A stretch of 64,000 nt of DNA from Oligoflexia bacterium (GTDB lineage Bacteria > Bdellovibrionota > Bdellovibrionia > JABDDW01): positions 43,757 to 107,756 of the forward strand of contig JAYTHU010000170.1 of NCBI GenBank assembly GCA_043732305.1, in the 5' to 3' direction. This document shows positions 19,772 to 29,871 of this stretch, in pieces (positions within the stretch are counted from its first letter, which is position 1; each line of letters starts with the position of its first letter). The notes beneath the pieces are model-generated. The model had not been told where the DNA came from. It worked only from the letters and a program-made list of their open reading frames with translations, and ran no database searches. Position numbers and translations under genes: made by a program.

Positions 19772-20643
19772 ATATCATCAAAAAAACCACGGGCTACGCC
19801 CCAAGCTTTGACGGCACTCCGATCTTTTACGAAATAAGAGGCGAAGGAAAACCTCTCATTTTTTGTTATGGGATTGGTTGCTTGATGAATCATTGGCACA
19901 ATCAGGTGAAGTTTTTTTCTAATCAGTATCAAGTCATATTGCTTAATTATCGTGGGCATCATCAAAGTCCCATTCCCGAACATCGAGACAATTTAAATTT
20001 GGACGCTTGCGTGATGGATATCAAAGCGGTCATCGATCATTTGGGAATTAAAAAAGCTTCCTTCGTTGGACACAGCTGGGGATCACAACTTCTGGTTCGC
20101 CTGTTCGATCTTCATCCAGAGTTTTTTGATAACTTCATTAGCATCAATGGTTTTGTGAGTAATCCGCTGGTCGGAATGTTTGGCAGCAATTTGCCCGCCG
20201 CGGGTTTTGAGTTGTTGAAGCAAGCCTATCAACAAGTTCCGGAGACCGCCAACTGGCTCTGGCAAAAAATTGCTTACAATCCTCTCGCCATTAAATTCAC
20301 ACAGATGGCTGGTGGCTTTAATCCAAAACTCACGAAGGTAAAAGACATTGAAGTTTATTTAAAAGGTGTCGCGTCTATAAACATAGAAGTTTTCATAAAA
20401 CTTTTCGAAGCGATGATGAATTACGATGGGCGCCCAGTCCTCGAAAAAATAAGTGTTCCTACTTTATTGATTTCCGGAGAGCAGGATTTCGTGACGCCCC
20501 TGAAATATCAAGAAGAGATGAATCGAAAAATCAAAAGCTCTCAGCTCACTCGCGTTCCATTCGGAAGTCATTGCACGATGCTAGATATGCCGGAGTTTGT
20601 GAATTTAAGAATGGAAAAGTTTTTGAAAGAAAACCATTACTAA
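19768..20643 (+). CDS. Alpha/beta hydrolase
   Basis: GHSWG nucleophile elbow, GEQD (Asp), GSH (His). Confidence 0.9.
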   Translation: MNIIKKTTGYAPSFDGTPIFYEIRGEGKPLIFCYGIGCLMNHWHNQVKFFSNQYQVILLNYRGHHQSPIPEHRDNLNLDACVMDIKAVIDHLGIKKASFVGHSWGSQLLVRLFDLHPEFFDNFISINGFVSNPLVGMFGSNLPAAGFELLKQAYQQVPETANWLWQKIAYNPLAIKFTQMAGGFNPKLTKVKDIEVYLKGVASINIEVFIKLFEAMMNYDGRPVLEKISVPTLLISGEQDFVTPLKYQEEMNRKIKSSQLTRVPFGSHCTMLDMPEFVNLRMEKFLKENHY

Positions 20644-20723
20644 CCCTTAAACCGCCCTAAAAGTAAGCTTGCTTTAGATAAATCCCCATGACATCGTTCT
20701 TCGGTCACTACGGGGGTAGCAAC

Positions 20724-21155
20724 ATGAACATTTTTACTTTACTTTGCGCTTTGTGTTTTTCATTGCCGAGCTTAGCCGATCCCAAAATTATACCTATTAG
20801 TCAAACTGCACCATTTGCTAAAGCTATGAGGCTTACTCTCGAAAATAATTCATGGAGCTGTCGAAATAAAAAGGGGCACATGGAAATTTCCACAGATCTT
20901 TTTGAAAACGCGAAATCAGTTGAAATGGCAAGTTTGGCCGAACAACCTTTTTTGATTTTCCGAGGCGGAGATGCTCTGAATCAATATGTTTTGTACGTCA
21001 CGACAACTTCCGACCACAAACGCATTTTAAAAATTGATGGTGATCGCTTTGAAGCAATCCAAGGGCGCGTCAATGCATTGGATTTTTCCCGACCGGAAAT
21101 TATTGATCGCACGCAAATATTTTTGACTGAAAGAATTTCCTGCACTCCAAAATAA
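20724..21155 (+). CDS. Secreted hypothetical protein
   Basis: Signal peptide MNIFTLLCALCFSLPSLA|D; GGGGG SD. Confidence 0.65.
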   Translation: MNIFTLLCALCFSLPSLADPKIIPISQTAPFAKAMRLTLENNSWSCRNKKGHMEISTDLFENAKSVEMASLAEQPFLIFRGGDALNQYVLYVTTTSDHKRILKIDGDRFEAIQGRVNALDFSRPEIIDRTQIFLTERISCTPK

Positions 21156-21359
21156 TTATCCCACTTCTTCAAAATCAAAAGAAAGTTGCGCGCGTTCTTT
21201 TTTGCGAGTTTCTTCATCCTTATATTTCTCGGGAAGTTCTATTCGCACGCCATAAGCTTGCTGAATAAGATTTTGCACAAACGCCGCTTTTACCGAATCG
21301 CTGGCTCCATCTTTAAAGCCAAGTCGTTCCATGATGTCTTTGACCTTGTCCACGGCCAC
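21156..21359 (-). CDS. Small hypothetical protein
   Basis: 67-aa ORF filling the gap, protein-like composition, ends AQLSFDFEEVG. Confidence 0.55.
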   Translation of the reverse strand: MAVDKVKDIMERLGFKDGASDSVKAAFVQNLIQQAYGVRIELPEKYKDEETRKKERAQLSFDFEEVG

Positions 21360-21536
21360 GCCCCATCTGGAGTGAGTTTTGATTGTCTGTTGGATGCTAT
21401 CTCAGATGTGAAAAATCAGCGCTGCATTCATTGGTGATGTAAACCCCTCAAAGGTAAGACCCGCAAGCGTTTCAGGCTGGTTAATACTATTTCAATATGC
21501 GCTGCGCCACTCGCCGATATGCTGCTTTAGCATTAG

Positions 21537-21566
21537 TTGACAACCTTTCAAAAAGACTCCAATAAT
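21537..21566 (+). promoter_or_regulatory. Sigma70-type promoter of the etfBA operon
   Basis: TTGACA-N18-AATAAT, 40 bp upstream of the etfB ATG. Confidence 0.55.
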
Positions 21567-21606
21567 GTCTCGTGACAACCGGGTTTTTACAAAAGGAATT
21601 AAATTT

Positions 21607-22392
21607 ATGAACATTTTTGTTTGCATCAAACAGGTGCCGGATTCAGAGACAAAGATCCAGATCAAGAGCGATGGATCTGCAATTGAGTCTAATGGCGTCA
21701 AATGGGTGATGAATCCTTATGATGAATTTGCAGTCGAGGAATCTTTAAAACTTCGGGATAAATTAGCCGATGGCTCCCAAGTTACAATTCTCACACTCGG
21801 ACCCAAACCTCGGTCCATTGATGTTCTGCGAACTGCGTTAGCCATGAGTGCAGACAATGCGGTTTTGATTGAAGCGCCTGAAAATCTTGATTCATTTAGT
21901 GTCGCAAAGGCTATTGCCGCAGTTATCAAAAATGAAACCGATGTAGGTGTGATCTTTACTGGAAAACAAGCCATCGACGACGACTGCGCTCAAACAAGCC
22001 AGCTCATTGCTGAATTTTTGGGATGGCCGCATGCCACGGTTGTTATTAAATTTGAAATGGACGCGGAGAAAACTCATTTCATCGTCAACAAAGAGGCCGA
22101 AGGCGGATCTGTTGAAACTTTGCAGCTAACTAAGCCTGCGGTGATAGCAGCGCAAAAAGGTTTAAATACCCCTAGATATGCAAGCCTCCCCGGAATTATG
22201 AAGGCCAAGAAAAAAGAGATTCGAGAGATTGCTTACAGTTCCTTAGGGGTGAGCGATTCTGATTTGAAAATTTCTCAGAAAAACTTCCAACTTCCTCCGG
22301 GAAGACCTCAGGGAAGATTTATCGATGGCGATGCCGCCACTCAAGTCACAAACTTGGTAAAACTTTTAAGAGAAGAAGCAAAGGTAATTTGA
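21607..22392 (+). CDS. etfB: Electron transfer flavoprotein beta subunit
   Basis: VCIKQVPD, NPYDEFAVEE, GKQAIDDD, PRYASLPGIMKAKKK; AAGGA SD. Confidence 0.97.
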   Translation: MNIFVCIKQVPDSETKIQIKSDGSAIESNGVKWVMNPYDEFAVEESLKLRDKLADGSQVTILTLGPKPRSIDVLRTALAMSADNAVLIEAPENLDSFSVAKAIAAVIKNETDVGVIFTGKQAIDDDCAQTSQLIAEFLGWPHATVVIKFEMDAEKTHFIVNKEAEGGSVETLQLTKPAVIAAQKGLNTPRYASLPGIMKAKKKEIREIAYSSLGVSDSDLKISQKNFQLPPGRPQGRFIDGDAATQVTNLVKLLREEAKVI

Positions 22393-23357
22393 TGTCGCAA
22401 ATATTAGTTTTCCTTGAACATAAAAACGGAGAGATAAAAAAAACCTCTCTCGAACTTTTAACCGCCGCCAAAAAATCTGGAGCGCCTTTTGACGCCATGG
22501 CTTTTGGAGCAGGATCAAAAATACTGGCTGCAGTCGCTGGCGGCTTGGGAGCACAAACTTTATTTGCTTCTGAAAATGAGATTTTTAAAAATTATAATTC
22601 GGAAGCTTTTGCCGAAGCTGTGAGCCAAATCATTAAAGAAATAAAACCTGAAGTTCTTTTGGCAACAGCTAGCCAGGTAAACAAAGATTTATTCCCACGA
22701 GTTGGTGGAAAAACTGGAAATGGCGTCGCTACCGATTGCACGAGCCTCACTTTGAGCGGAACAAATCTTTCTGTGCGTAGACCAGTATTTTCCGGCAAAG
22801 CATCAGTCGAAGTTGAATTTAAGAACTCCCCAACAAAAATTGCGTTGATGCGTCCTAATGTTTTGGAAATAGAACAGCCCGCAAGTGGAAAATCTGCAAC
22901 TGTAGTTGAAGTAGCTCTTGCACCAATGGACCTTAAGACGATCGTTAAAAGTATTGTTCAAGGTGCAGGATCAAAACTCGATTTGACCGAAGCTAACGTG
23001 ATTGTTTCTGGTGGACGTGGAATGAAGGGTCCTGAGAATTTCAAAATGCTGGAAGAACTCGCCGCCGTACTAGGCGGAACAGTTGGTGCTTCACGTGCCG
23101 TAGTCGACGCCGGATGGGTCGCCCATGATATGCAAGTAGGACAAACCGGAAAAACAGTTTCGCCCTCATTGTACATTGCATGCGGAATCAGCGGCGCCAT
23201 CCAACATTTGGCCGGGATGAGTTCTAGTAAGGTTATCGTGGCGATCAACAAAGACAAAGAAGCTCCCATATTTCAGAGAGCAACCTACGGAATTGTGGGC
23301 GATGCTCTCGAGATCGTTCCTTTGCTCACCGCCGAGTTTAAAAAACTTCTGCAGTGA
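22392..23357 (+). CDS. etfA: Electron transfer flavoprotein alpha subunit
   Basis: VSGGRG, GASRAVVDAGW, QVGQTGK, GISGAIQHLAG; TGATG coupling with etfB. Confidence 0.97.
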   Translation: MSQILVFLEHKNGEIKKTSLELLTAAKKSGAPFDAMAFGAGSKILAAVAGGLGAQTLFASENEIFKNYNSEAFAEAVSQIIKEIKPEVLLATASQVNKDLFPRVGGKTGNGVATDCTSLTLSGTNLSVRRPVFSGKASVEVEFKNSPTKIALMRPNVLEIEQPASGKSATVVEVALAPMDLKTIVKSIVQGAGSKLDLTEANVIVSGGRGMKGPENFKMLEELAAVLGGTVGASRAVVDAGWVAHDMQVGQTGKTVSPSLYIACGISGAIQHLAGMSSSKVIVAINKDKEAPIFQRATYGIVGDALEIVPLLTAEFKKLLQ

Positions 23358-24712
23358 GAAATTTCATTCTTGCTCCTCTGATTGCAGTAGTTTATTGGCT
23401 GTGGTCTCGCACATGGAGATTAAAAATTCACGAAGAAACAGAATTCAAAGCTGCACTCAGAAACGGCCCGGTGATTTTTGCTCACTGGCATGGTGATGAG
23501 CTCGTGGTTTTAAGAATCGGCAGGCATTATCATTCTGCAGCGATGACTAGCACTTCTAAGGATGGCGAGTTAATGACGAGAGTACTGAAAATTTTTGGAT
23601 TTGGAATCTCACGAGGATCCAGTACCAGAGGTGGAGTGAGAGCGCTCGTGGGAATGGTTCATCTAATGAAACAGGGCTTCAATGCCACTGTTGCTGTTGA
23701 TGGTCCGAAAGGGCCAATATACAAAGTGAAACCCGGGATCCTAGCGCTAGCAAAACATGGAGCATCTCCCATTGTTCCTACTGGCGTTGGGAAAAAATCT
23801 GCGCTCGTCTTCGAAAAATCCTGGAATAAAACTTATCTTCCTTGGCCATTTTCTAAAGTAGTGGTGAGCTTTGGTCGACCCTTCATGTATGATGAGAAAA
23901 TAGAAGAAAAGGAACAAATCGAAATGTTAGAATTGAAACTATTAAAACAAAAAGCTCACGCTCAATCTTTACTCACAATTGCTTTAGTGACACTTACTCT
24001 TCTCACTTCTGGTTGCGTCACGAGCTCGCCAAATAATGAAAGTAATAGTACCGGCGGGATGGAAGACACGCTCACTCGGTCAATTCATAAATTTATGAAG
24101 CCTCGAGCCACTGAAATTTCTGGTACAGAGCCAGCAGTTCTTCAATATGTACTTCCCGGCGGACTCGCTCAGAAATATGGTTTTAAAGTAGGCGATAAAA
24201 TCACCAAAATTAACGGTAAGGAGATCAGCACTTCTTCTGAATTTCAGAAAAAGATGAGAGCTCCCTCTTCTCCAACAATGCAAATTGAGTACAAAAATAA
24301 AAATGGAACATTGAATGTTCGAAACATTCAGTTTGCCACTGACACCGTCAAATTTGGAGCTAGCACTGAACCCCAAAATGTAGAGTTGGTAAGAAATTCT
24401 TCCTCCGTAGCGTTTGTGAACCACGGCCCGTTCACAATCTATGGATCCGTTTCCATCAATAAGGAAGGATCCACTATTTTCCTAAATTTGATTTTAGATA
24501 GTGAGGTACGAATGGCGCGCACCCAGGTAAATTTCAAAGTCATCAATAGTGAAAATAAAAAGGTATTAGGAACGAACGAAGAAACCCTTGACGCGTTGGG
24601 CTTAAGTCCAACTTTAGTTTCACGATCTTTCAATATCAGTGATGTTCCTTCGAGCGTCACAGTTTCATTAGCACTTGAAAAACAACACTTTACGTTTGAG
24701 TTTAAAAATTGA
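23354..24712 (+). CDS. DUF374/lysophospholipid-acyltransferase-like domain fused to a lipoprotein-like PDZ module
   Basis: FAHWHG, SKDGE, RGSSTRGG, VDGPKGP, SWNK..LPWPFS; internal LLTSG|C; PDZ motif GGLAQKYGFKVGDKITKING. Confidence 0.8.
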   Translation: MRNFILAPLIAVVYWLWSRTWRLKIHEETEFKAALRNGPVIFAHWHGDELVVLRIGRHYHSAAMTSTSKDGELMTRVLKIFGFGISRGSSTRGGVRALVGMVHLMKQGFNATVAVDGPKGPIYKVKPGILALAKHGASPIVPTGVGKKSALVFEKSWNKTYLPWPFSKVVVSFGRPFMYDEKIEEKEQIEMLELKLLKQKAHAQSLLTIALVTLTLLTSGCVTSSPNNESNSTGGMEDTLTRSIHKFMKPRATEISGTEPAVLQYVLPGGLAQKYGFKVGDKITKINGKEISTSSEFQKKMRAPSSPTMQIEYKNKNGTLNVRNIQFATDTVKFGASTEPQNVELVRNSSSVAFVNHGPFTIYGSVSINKEGSTIFLNLILDSEVRMARTQVNFKVINSENKKVLGTNEETLDALGLSPTLVSRSFNISDVPSSVTVSLALEKQHFTFEFKN

Positions 24713-24756
24713 GCATGCTAGCGTCATAACGTAGATAATCATCACCTGGGGGCTTC

Positions 24757-25578
24757 ATGAAAGCATCGCATCGTCTGTTTATTGGTTCACTTTTATTCTT
24801 GGGCTCAATTGCCGTCGCGGCAACTGAATCACCGGTTGTAGCTACGATCAACGGACGCGCCATCCGCCTCAATGAATTCAACCAAAGATTTGATGATGCG
24901 AGCAAGTTAGTAAATCCTCCTGCTAATCGCAAAGTTTTCTTGGAAGATCTCGTCCGATACGAAGTGGGCGTTCAAGAAGCTGAAAAAAGAAAAATTGAAA
25001 ACGATCCCGTCGTTAAAGAGAGAATCAGACAACAGCTTTATGTAGGTCTGATTGAAAAAGAATTGGGCGATAAGATCAATAATCTCCCAGTTTCTGAGGC
25101 TGAGATGGAATCCTATTACAAAAACTCTCCTGAACTTAAAAGCAGCCACATTTTGATCGAAGTGAAACCTAATGCGACTGAAGCCGAAAGAGGAGCGGGT
25201 AAAAAGCGCGCTGAAGAAATTCTTAAAGAAGTTCGCGCCAGCAAAAAATCTTTTGAAGAACTCGCCAACCTCTACACGGATGATATCGTCACTAAAAAAC
25301 GTGGTGGCGATGTGGGTTATCAAAATCGTCTCACCGTAGTCGCTCCCTATTTCGACGCTCTTATGAAGTTAAAAACAGGCGAAATTTCCGGGCTCATTGA
25401 TACAAAATTTGGTTTCCATATTGCCAAACTCACGGGCCGTCATACCTATGAAGAAGCCGACAAAGCTGTACTCAAAAATGCTGTTTTTGAGAAAAAACGT
25501 CTGGCCATGTTCAATGATTATTTCGACAAGCTTAAGAAGAAATATAAAATCACTTTGAATCCGGAAATTGTTAAATAA
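24757..25578 (+). CDS. Parvulin-type peptidyl-prolyl isomerase (PrsA/SurA-like)
   Basis: Signal peptide, VATING, SHILI, GGDVG, TKFGFHI. Confidence 0.9.
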   Translation: MKASHRLFIGSLLFLGSIAVAATESPVVATINGRAIRLNEFNQRFDDASKLVNPPANRKVFLEDLVRYEVGVQEAEKRKIENDPVVKERIRQQLYVGLIEKELGDKINNLPVSEAEMESYYKNSPELKSSHILIEVKPNATEAERGAGKKRAEEILKEVRASKKSFEELANLYTDDIVTKKRGGDVGYQNRLTVVAPYFDALMKLKTGEISGLIDTKFGFHIAKLTGRHTYEEADKAVLKNAVFEKKRLAMFNDYFDKLKKKYKITLNPEIVK

Positions 25579-26566
25579 AAATTTCTATCTTATTTTATCG
25601 ATTCCAATTTGTTTGCTTTCGCTAAGCCTGAACACTGGCTGCACAAAGTTACAGGATAAAACTGCTGCGAGCAAAACAGTCTTGAAACTGAATAACCAGT
25701 CCATGGACACTATCGGATTTTCCAAACAGCTGGCGGAAAAGATGAAAGTCTATGATGCTGCCGCTGCCAAAGCGCCAATCAATCTTGCCCGAGCAAAAAA
25801 AGAAATTATCAATGAGTTTATCGTTTCCGCTCTGGTCACTGAATATGCCGCAAAAAATGGCATCAGCGTTTCAGAACTTGAACTTGAGACTGAGTTTAAT
25901 AAATTACGAAAAGGCTACGCCTCAGATATTGATTTTAAAGAGTCATTGGCTCAGTCAGGTCTTCTGATTGAGGAATGGAAAGCTAAGCTAAAGGTTTCGC
26001 TTTTACAGAAAAAAGTAATCGATGATATTTCCAAATCTGTAAATCTATCCAAGCAGATTCAGAACAACGACGTGAAAAATTATTACGAATCTCATCTGCG
26101 AGAATTTCAGCGACCTGCTGAAATACGAATTTCGCAGATTGTTGTCCAGCACATGGATGAAGCGGATGAACTAAAAAAGCGAATTAAATCTGGCAGTTTT
26201 CGGTTTGAGGAAGCAGCAAAGAAATTCAGTCTCTCTCCAGATGGAAAAAAAGGTGGGGACATAGGATTTTTAGCAAAAGGGGTTGTTCCCGCGTTTGATA
26301 TCGCATTTACATTTCCTGTAGGACAGTTGAGCTCAGTTATCAAAAGCAGCTACGGGTACCATTTGATGAAAGTGACAGAAAAGCGCGCAGCGTCAAAACA
26401 GTCTTTAGAACAGGCGCGTCCCAGTATTTTAAAACTTGTCATGGAGCAGAAAAAAGAAGAATCTTTCAGACAATGGTTTGACCAACAAATCAAGCTCGCT
26501 AAATTGGAAGAAGACACGCCGCTTATTGATGCTTTGAAAGTCTACACGCAAGGAAATTTGGAATGA
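25568..26566 (+). CDS. Parvulin-type PPIase, probable lipoprotein
   Basis: LNTG|C lipobox-like site, FEEAAKKFS, GGDIG, SSYGYHL. Confidence 0.88.
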   Translation: MLNKNFYLILSIPICLLSLSLNTGCTKLQDKTAASKTVLKLNNQSMDTIGFSKQLAEKMKVYDAAAAKAPINLARAKKEIINEFIVSALVTEYAAKNGISVSELELETEFNKLRKGYASDIDFKESLAQSGLLIEEWKAKLKVSLLQKKVIDDISKSVNLSKQIQNNDVKNYYESHLREFQRPAEIRISQIVVQHMDEADELKKRIKSGSFRFEEAAKKFSLSPDGKKGGDIGFLAKGVVPAFDIAFTFPVGQLSSVIKSSYGYHLMKVTEKRAASKQSLEQARPSILKLVMEQKKEESFRQWFDQQIKLAKLEEDTPLIDALKVYTQGNLE

Positions 26567-27501
26567 AGTTCATATTCTCTTTATGCCTCCTAGTTGGAAC
26601 TCACGCCCACGCGGAGATCATCGAATCTATAGTCGCAATTGTGAATGGCAGTATCATCACCAAAACTGATGTTGTGAAATATCGCCAACGTCTAAAACAA
26701 GGAACAATTGTTGATGACCTTTTTGGCAATAGCATTGTCGACCTTTTAAAAAATGATAAACTTCTCCTCAATCAAATGATTGATGAAAAAGTTGTTGATG
26801 CCGAAGTTAAAAAACAAAATCTTTCCATCACCATGGATCGCGTTGAGCAAGAGATTAATTCGATTCAATCTCGAAATAATATTGCGCGGGAACAATTGAT
26901 TGAAGCCCTGAAAAAAGAGGGCACTGACTTTTCAGAATATCAAGACTTCATCAAACACCGTTTAGAACGCCAAGGCATAATCGAAAAAGTAATCACTTCA
27001 AAAATAAAAATCAGTGATGAAGACGTCGCTTCTTATTACGAAAATAAAAATAAAAACATGAGCGCAAAAAGCTTTGAATTTAAAATCTCTCATATTTTGT
27101 TCAGACAAGGAAAGCGTCCCGATGACGTTCAACTTAAACGAGCAAACTCGGTAATGGCGCTGTTGAAAAGTGGAAAATCATTTGAAGAACTTGCTAGTCA
27201 GTACAGCGAAGATCCCAATTACAATGAAGGCGGACTTTTAGGAACATTTAAAAGTGGCGAATTTTTCAAACCTCTAGAAGATGCCGCTCGAAATATTTCA
27301 CCTGGCGAGTTTGCCGGACCAATCAAAACAAAACTCGGATATCACATCATCAAACTACTTGAGCGCAAAGCTATAGCAGATCCTGATTTCGAAACTAAAA
27401 AAGAACCACTGCGTGGCGAACTTTACCAAACAGCTTTTGTTAAGCAGTTCCAGTTTTGGCTAGAGCAAAAGCGTCAAGAGTCCTTCATCAGGATCAACTG
27501 A
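26563..27501 (+). CDS. surA: SurA-like periplasmic chaperone/PPIase
   Basis: IVAIVNGSIIT (SurA N-terminus), SHIL, FEELASQYSED, GYHIIKL; upstream of pdxA. Confidence 0.75.
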   Translation: MKFIFSLCLLVGTHAHAEIIESIVAIVNGSIITKTDVVKYRQRLKQGTIVDDLFGNSIVDLLKNDKLLLNQMIDEKVVDAEVKKQNLSITMDRVEQEINSIQSRNNIAREQLIEALKKEGTDFSEYQDFIKHRLERQGIIEKVITSKIKISDEDVASYYENKNKNMSAKSFEFKISHILFRQGKRPDDVQLKRANSVMALLKSGKSFEELASQYSEDPNYNEGGLLGTFKSGEFFKPLEDAARNISPGEFAGPIKTKLGYHIIKLLERKAIADPDFETKKEPLRGELYQTAFVKQFQFWLEQKRQESFIRIN

Positions 27502-28514
27502 TGCGCTCGACTTCACGCCCAGCGCTCCCTTCTCAGCTGCGACCATTAAGGGTTGCGATCACAAGCGGTGACTCTCACGGGATTGGCCCGGAGGTTGTTT
27601 CTAAAGCGCTCCGCCGAATGGGGCCGCAAAAAAATGTACATTTCTTTCTGTGGAGAAATTCTGAGTTTCCTAAACGAGATTTTAGAAGAATCCAAAGAGA
27701 ATTTAAAGTCATCACCGTTGGAAGTTGGGCCGAAGCACTAGCCCACACCCCAAGCTCTCCGCGAGAACTTATTGATATCTGCGGAACAAGCAATTCTGCT
27801 TTGTGGGTAGAAGAAGCGGCACGCGGCTGTTACTTCAAGCATCTCGACGCACTTGCAACCGCCCCCCTTTCGAAACCTTCAATCAAAGAAGGTGGACTGA
27901 AAGATCTTGGGCACACCGAAATTTTGAAACGCGTGGCCCAAGTTAAAAATGCTTATATGGTTTTCTTGGGGGATAAATTCAATGTCTTCATAGCGACCGG
28001 CCATTTGCCTGTGAAAGATATTGCGGAAAAGATAACTAAAGAGAACATCATGGAAGCATTGAGGCAAGCTCAAGACTTCACTCGAGTGCTCGCAAGCTAT
28101 GATAAAAAAGGTGGAAGAAAACCTATCGGAGTTCTTGGACTTAATCCGCACGCCGGAGATTCTGGACTCATCGGGCTGGAAGACGCTGAAATTATTTCGC
28201 CCCTCATTGAGTCCCTACCAAAAGATCCGTACAAATTAGTCGGTCCAATCGTTCCTGATGTGGCCTTCATGAAATCTCAGTGGGAAAAATATTCTCTCTA
28301 CGTTGCCATGTATCACGACCAAGGATTGATTCCGTTTAAAACTATTCATGGGCAAAACGGCGTGCATTTGACCTGGGGACTTCCTTTCATTAGAACAAGC
28401 GTGGATCACGGAACTGCTTTCGATATTGCGGGAAAAGACAAGGCTGACGAAACAAGTATGTACCTGGCTCTCAAGTGGGCCATCAAACTAGCAAAGGGAT
28501 TTTATGAATCATGA
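27501..28514 (+). CDS. pdxA: 4-hydroxythreonine-4-phosphate dehydrogenase
   Basis: GDSHGIGPEV, GHTE, GLNPHAG, MYHDQGLIPFK, RTSVDHGTAFDIAG. Confidence 0.95.
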   Translation: MRSTSRPALPSQLRPLRVAITSGDSHGIGPEVVSKALRRMGPQKNVHFFLWRNSEFPKRDFRRIQREFKVITVGSWAEALAHTPSSPRELIDICGTSNSALWVEEAARGCYFKHLDALATAPLSKPSIKEGGLKDLGHTEILKRVAQVKNAYMVFLGDKFNVFIATGHLPVKDIAEKITKENIMEALRQAQDFTRVLASYDKKGGRKPIGVLGLNPHAGDSGLIGLEDAEIISPLIESLPKDPYKLVGPIVPDVAFMKSQWEKYSLYVAMYHDQGLIPFKTIHGQNGVHLTWGLPFIRTSVDHGTAFDIAGKDKADETSMYLALKWAIKLAKGFYES

Positions 28515-29871
28515 TATTTTTAGAGAATATGATATCCGAGGCGTTGTTGGAAAAGATTTCGACACTCAATTTGCTTATGACTTGGGACGAGGCTACGGGA
28601 CATATTTGAAAAAAAATAAAGAATCTGACAACGGAAAATACACAGTGTGTATTGGCAGAGACGCACGACTTTCTTCTCCAGAATTGAGTGAGGCCGTTGG
28701 ACTTGGATTGGCCTCTACTGGAGTTGATGTTCTAACCTTGGGTTTAGTCACTTCACCACTTTGTTACTTTGGAACTTTTACTCTGCCCGTCCAAGGCGGA
28801 ATCATGATTACCGGAAGTCACAATCCTCCAGAATACAATGGCTTTAAAATTAGCTTTGGTAGCAGTCCATTCTATGGCGAAGACATTCAGAAATTAAAAA
28901 ATCTTATGATAAGTGGAGAATATATTAAGCCAGCAATCCCTGGAAAAATTTTAGATCACGATATTTTTCCTGCCTATTTAGAAAAATTTGGACGAGACGT
29001 GAAACTTAAGAAAAAAGTTCGCGTGGTCGTTGATTGTGGAAATGGCGCGGCGGGAGTTATTGTTCGCAAGCTCTATGAGCGCATGGGTATCGATTTTGAA
29101 ATATTGTTTGAAAAACCAGATGGAAATTTTCCCAATCACCATCCCGATCCTACAGTGGAAGAAAATACGGTGGATCTGCGCAAACGAGTAAAAGACACCC
29201 ATGCTGATGTAGGAATTGGTTTTGACGGAGATGCCGATCGTTTGGCGATTATTGATCATACGGGTCGCGCACTTTTTGGCGATGAACTGATGGTTATTTT
29301 TTCTCGTGCAGTCCTTGCCAATAATCCCGGAGCTACCATAATTGGAGATGTGAAGTGTTCAGATCGTCTTTACAATGACATCGCCAAGCACGGAGGCGTG
29401 CCTCTTATGTATAAAACTGGCCATAGCCTGATCAAAAATAAAATGAAGGAAGTCCATTCGCCATTTTCTGGCGAGATGAGCGGCCACGTTTTCTTTGCTG
29501 ACCGAAGCTATGGATACGACGATGCAGTTTATGCTGGTGCACGTTTTATTGAAATCATGTCCCAAAGTGGGAAAATGGTTCCAGAATTGCTTAAAGGTTT
29601 ACCAATAGCATTCGCTACTCCAGAAATTCGCGTGGACACAACGGACACCAAAAAAATCGAGATTGTTGCAAATATTAAAAAGAAATTTCCTGCAGGCGAA
29701 TATAAAATCAACGAGATCGATGGAATTAGAATTTCCTTTGATGATGGATTCGCATTAGTGCGTTCATCAAACACCCAGCCCGTTATTGTTATGAGATTTG
29801 AAGCAACGACTGAAAAACGTTTGCGAGAAATCCGCACTTTAGTAGAAAGTGCAGTTAAAGAGTACCTGTGA
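28504..29871 (+). CDS. Phosphomannomutase/phosphoglucomutase (AlgC-like)
   Basis: [28 protein letters not shown]. Confidence 0.95.
   Translation: MNHDIFREYDIRGVVGKDFDTQFAYDLGRGYGTYLKKNKESDNGKYTVCIGRDARLSSPELSEAVGLGLASTGVDVLTLGLVTSPLCYFGTFTLPVQGGIMITGSHNPPEYNGFKISFGSSPFYGEDIQKLKNLMISGEYIKPAIPGKILDHDIFPAYLEKFGRDVKLKKKVRVVVDCGNGAAGVIVRKLYERMGIDFEILFEKPDGNFPNHHPDPTVEENTVDLRKRVKDTHADVGIGFDGDADRLAIIDHTGRALFGDELMVIFSRAVLANNPGATIIGDVKCSDRLYNDIAKHGGVPLMYKTGHSLIKNKMKEVHSPFSGEMSGHVFFADRSYGYDDAVYAGARFIEIMSQSGKMVPELLKGLPIAFATPEIRVDTTDTKKIEIVANIKKKFPAGEYKINEIDGIRISFDDGFALVRSSNTQPVIVMRFEATTEKRLREIRTLVESAVKEYL

Noticed and set aside
21360..21535. Possible ncRNA or riboswitch in the intergenic gap
   Set aside because: No recognisable 6S, SRP or riboswitch motif by eye; needs an Rfam search
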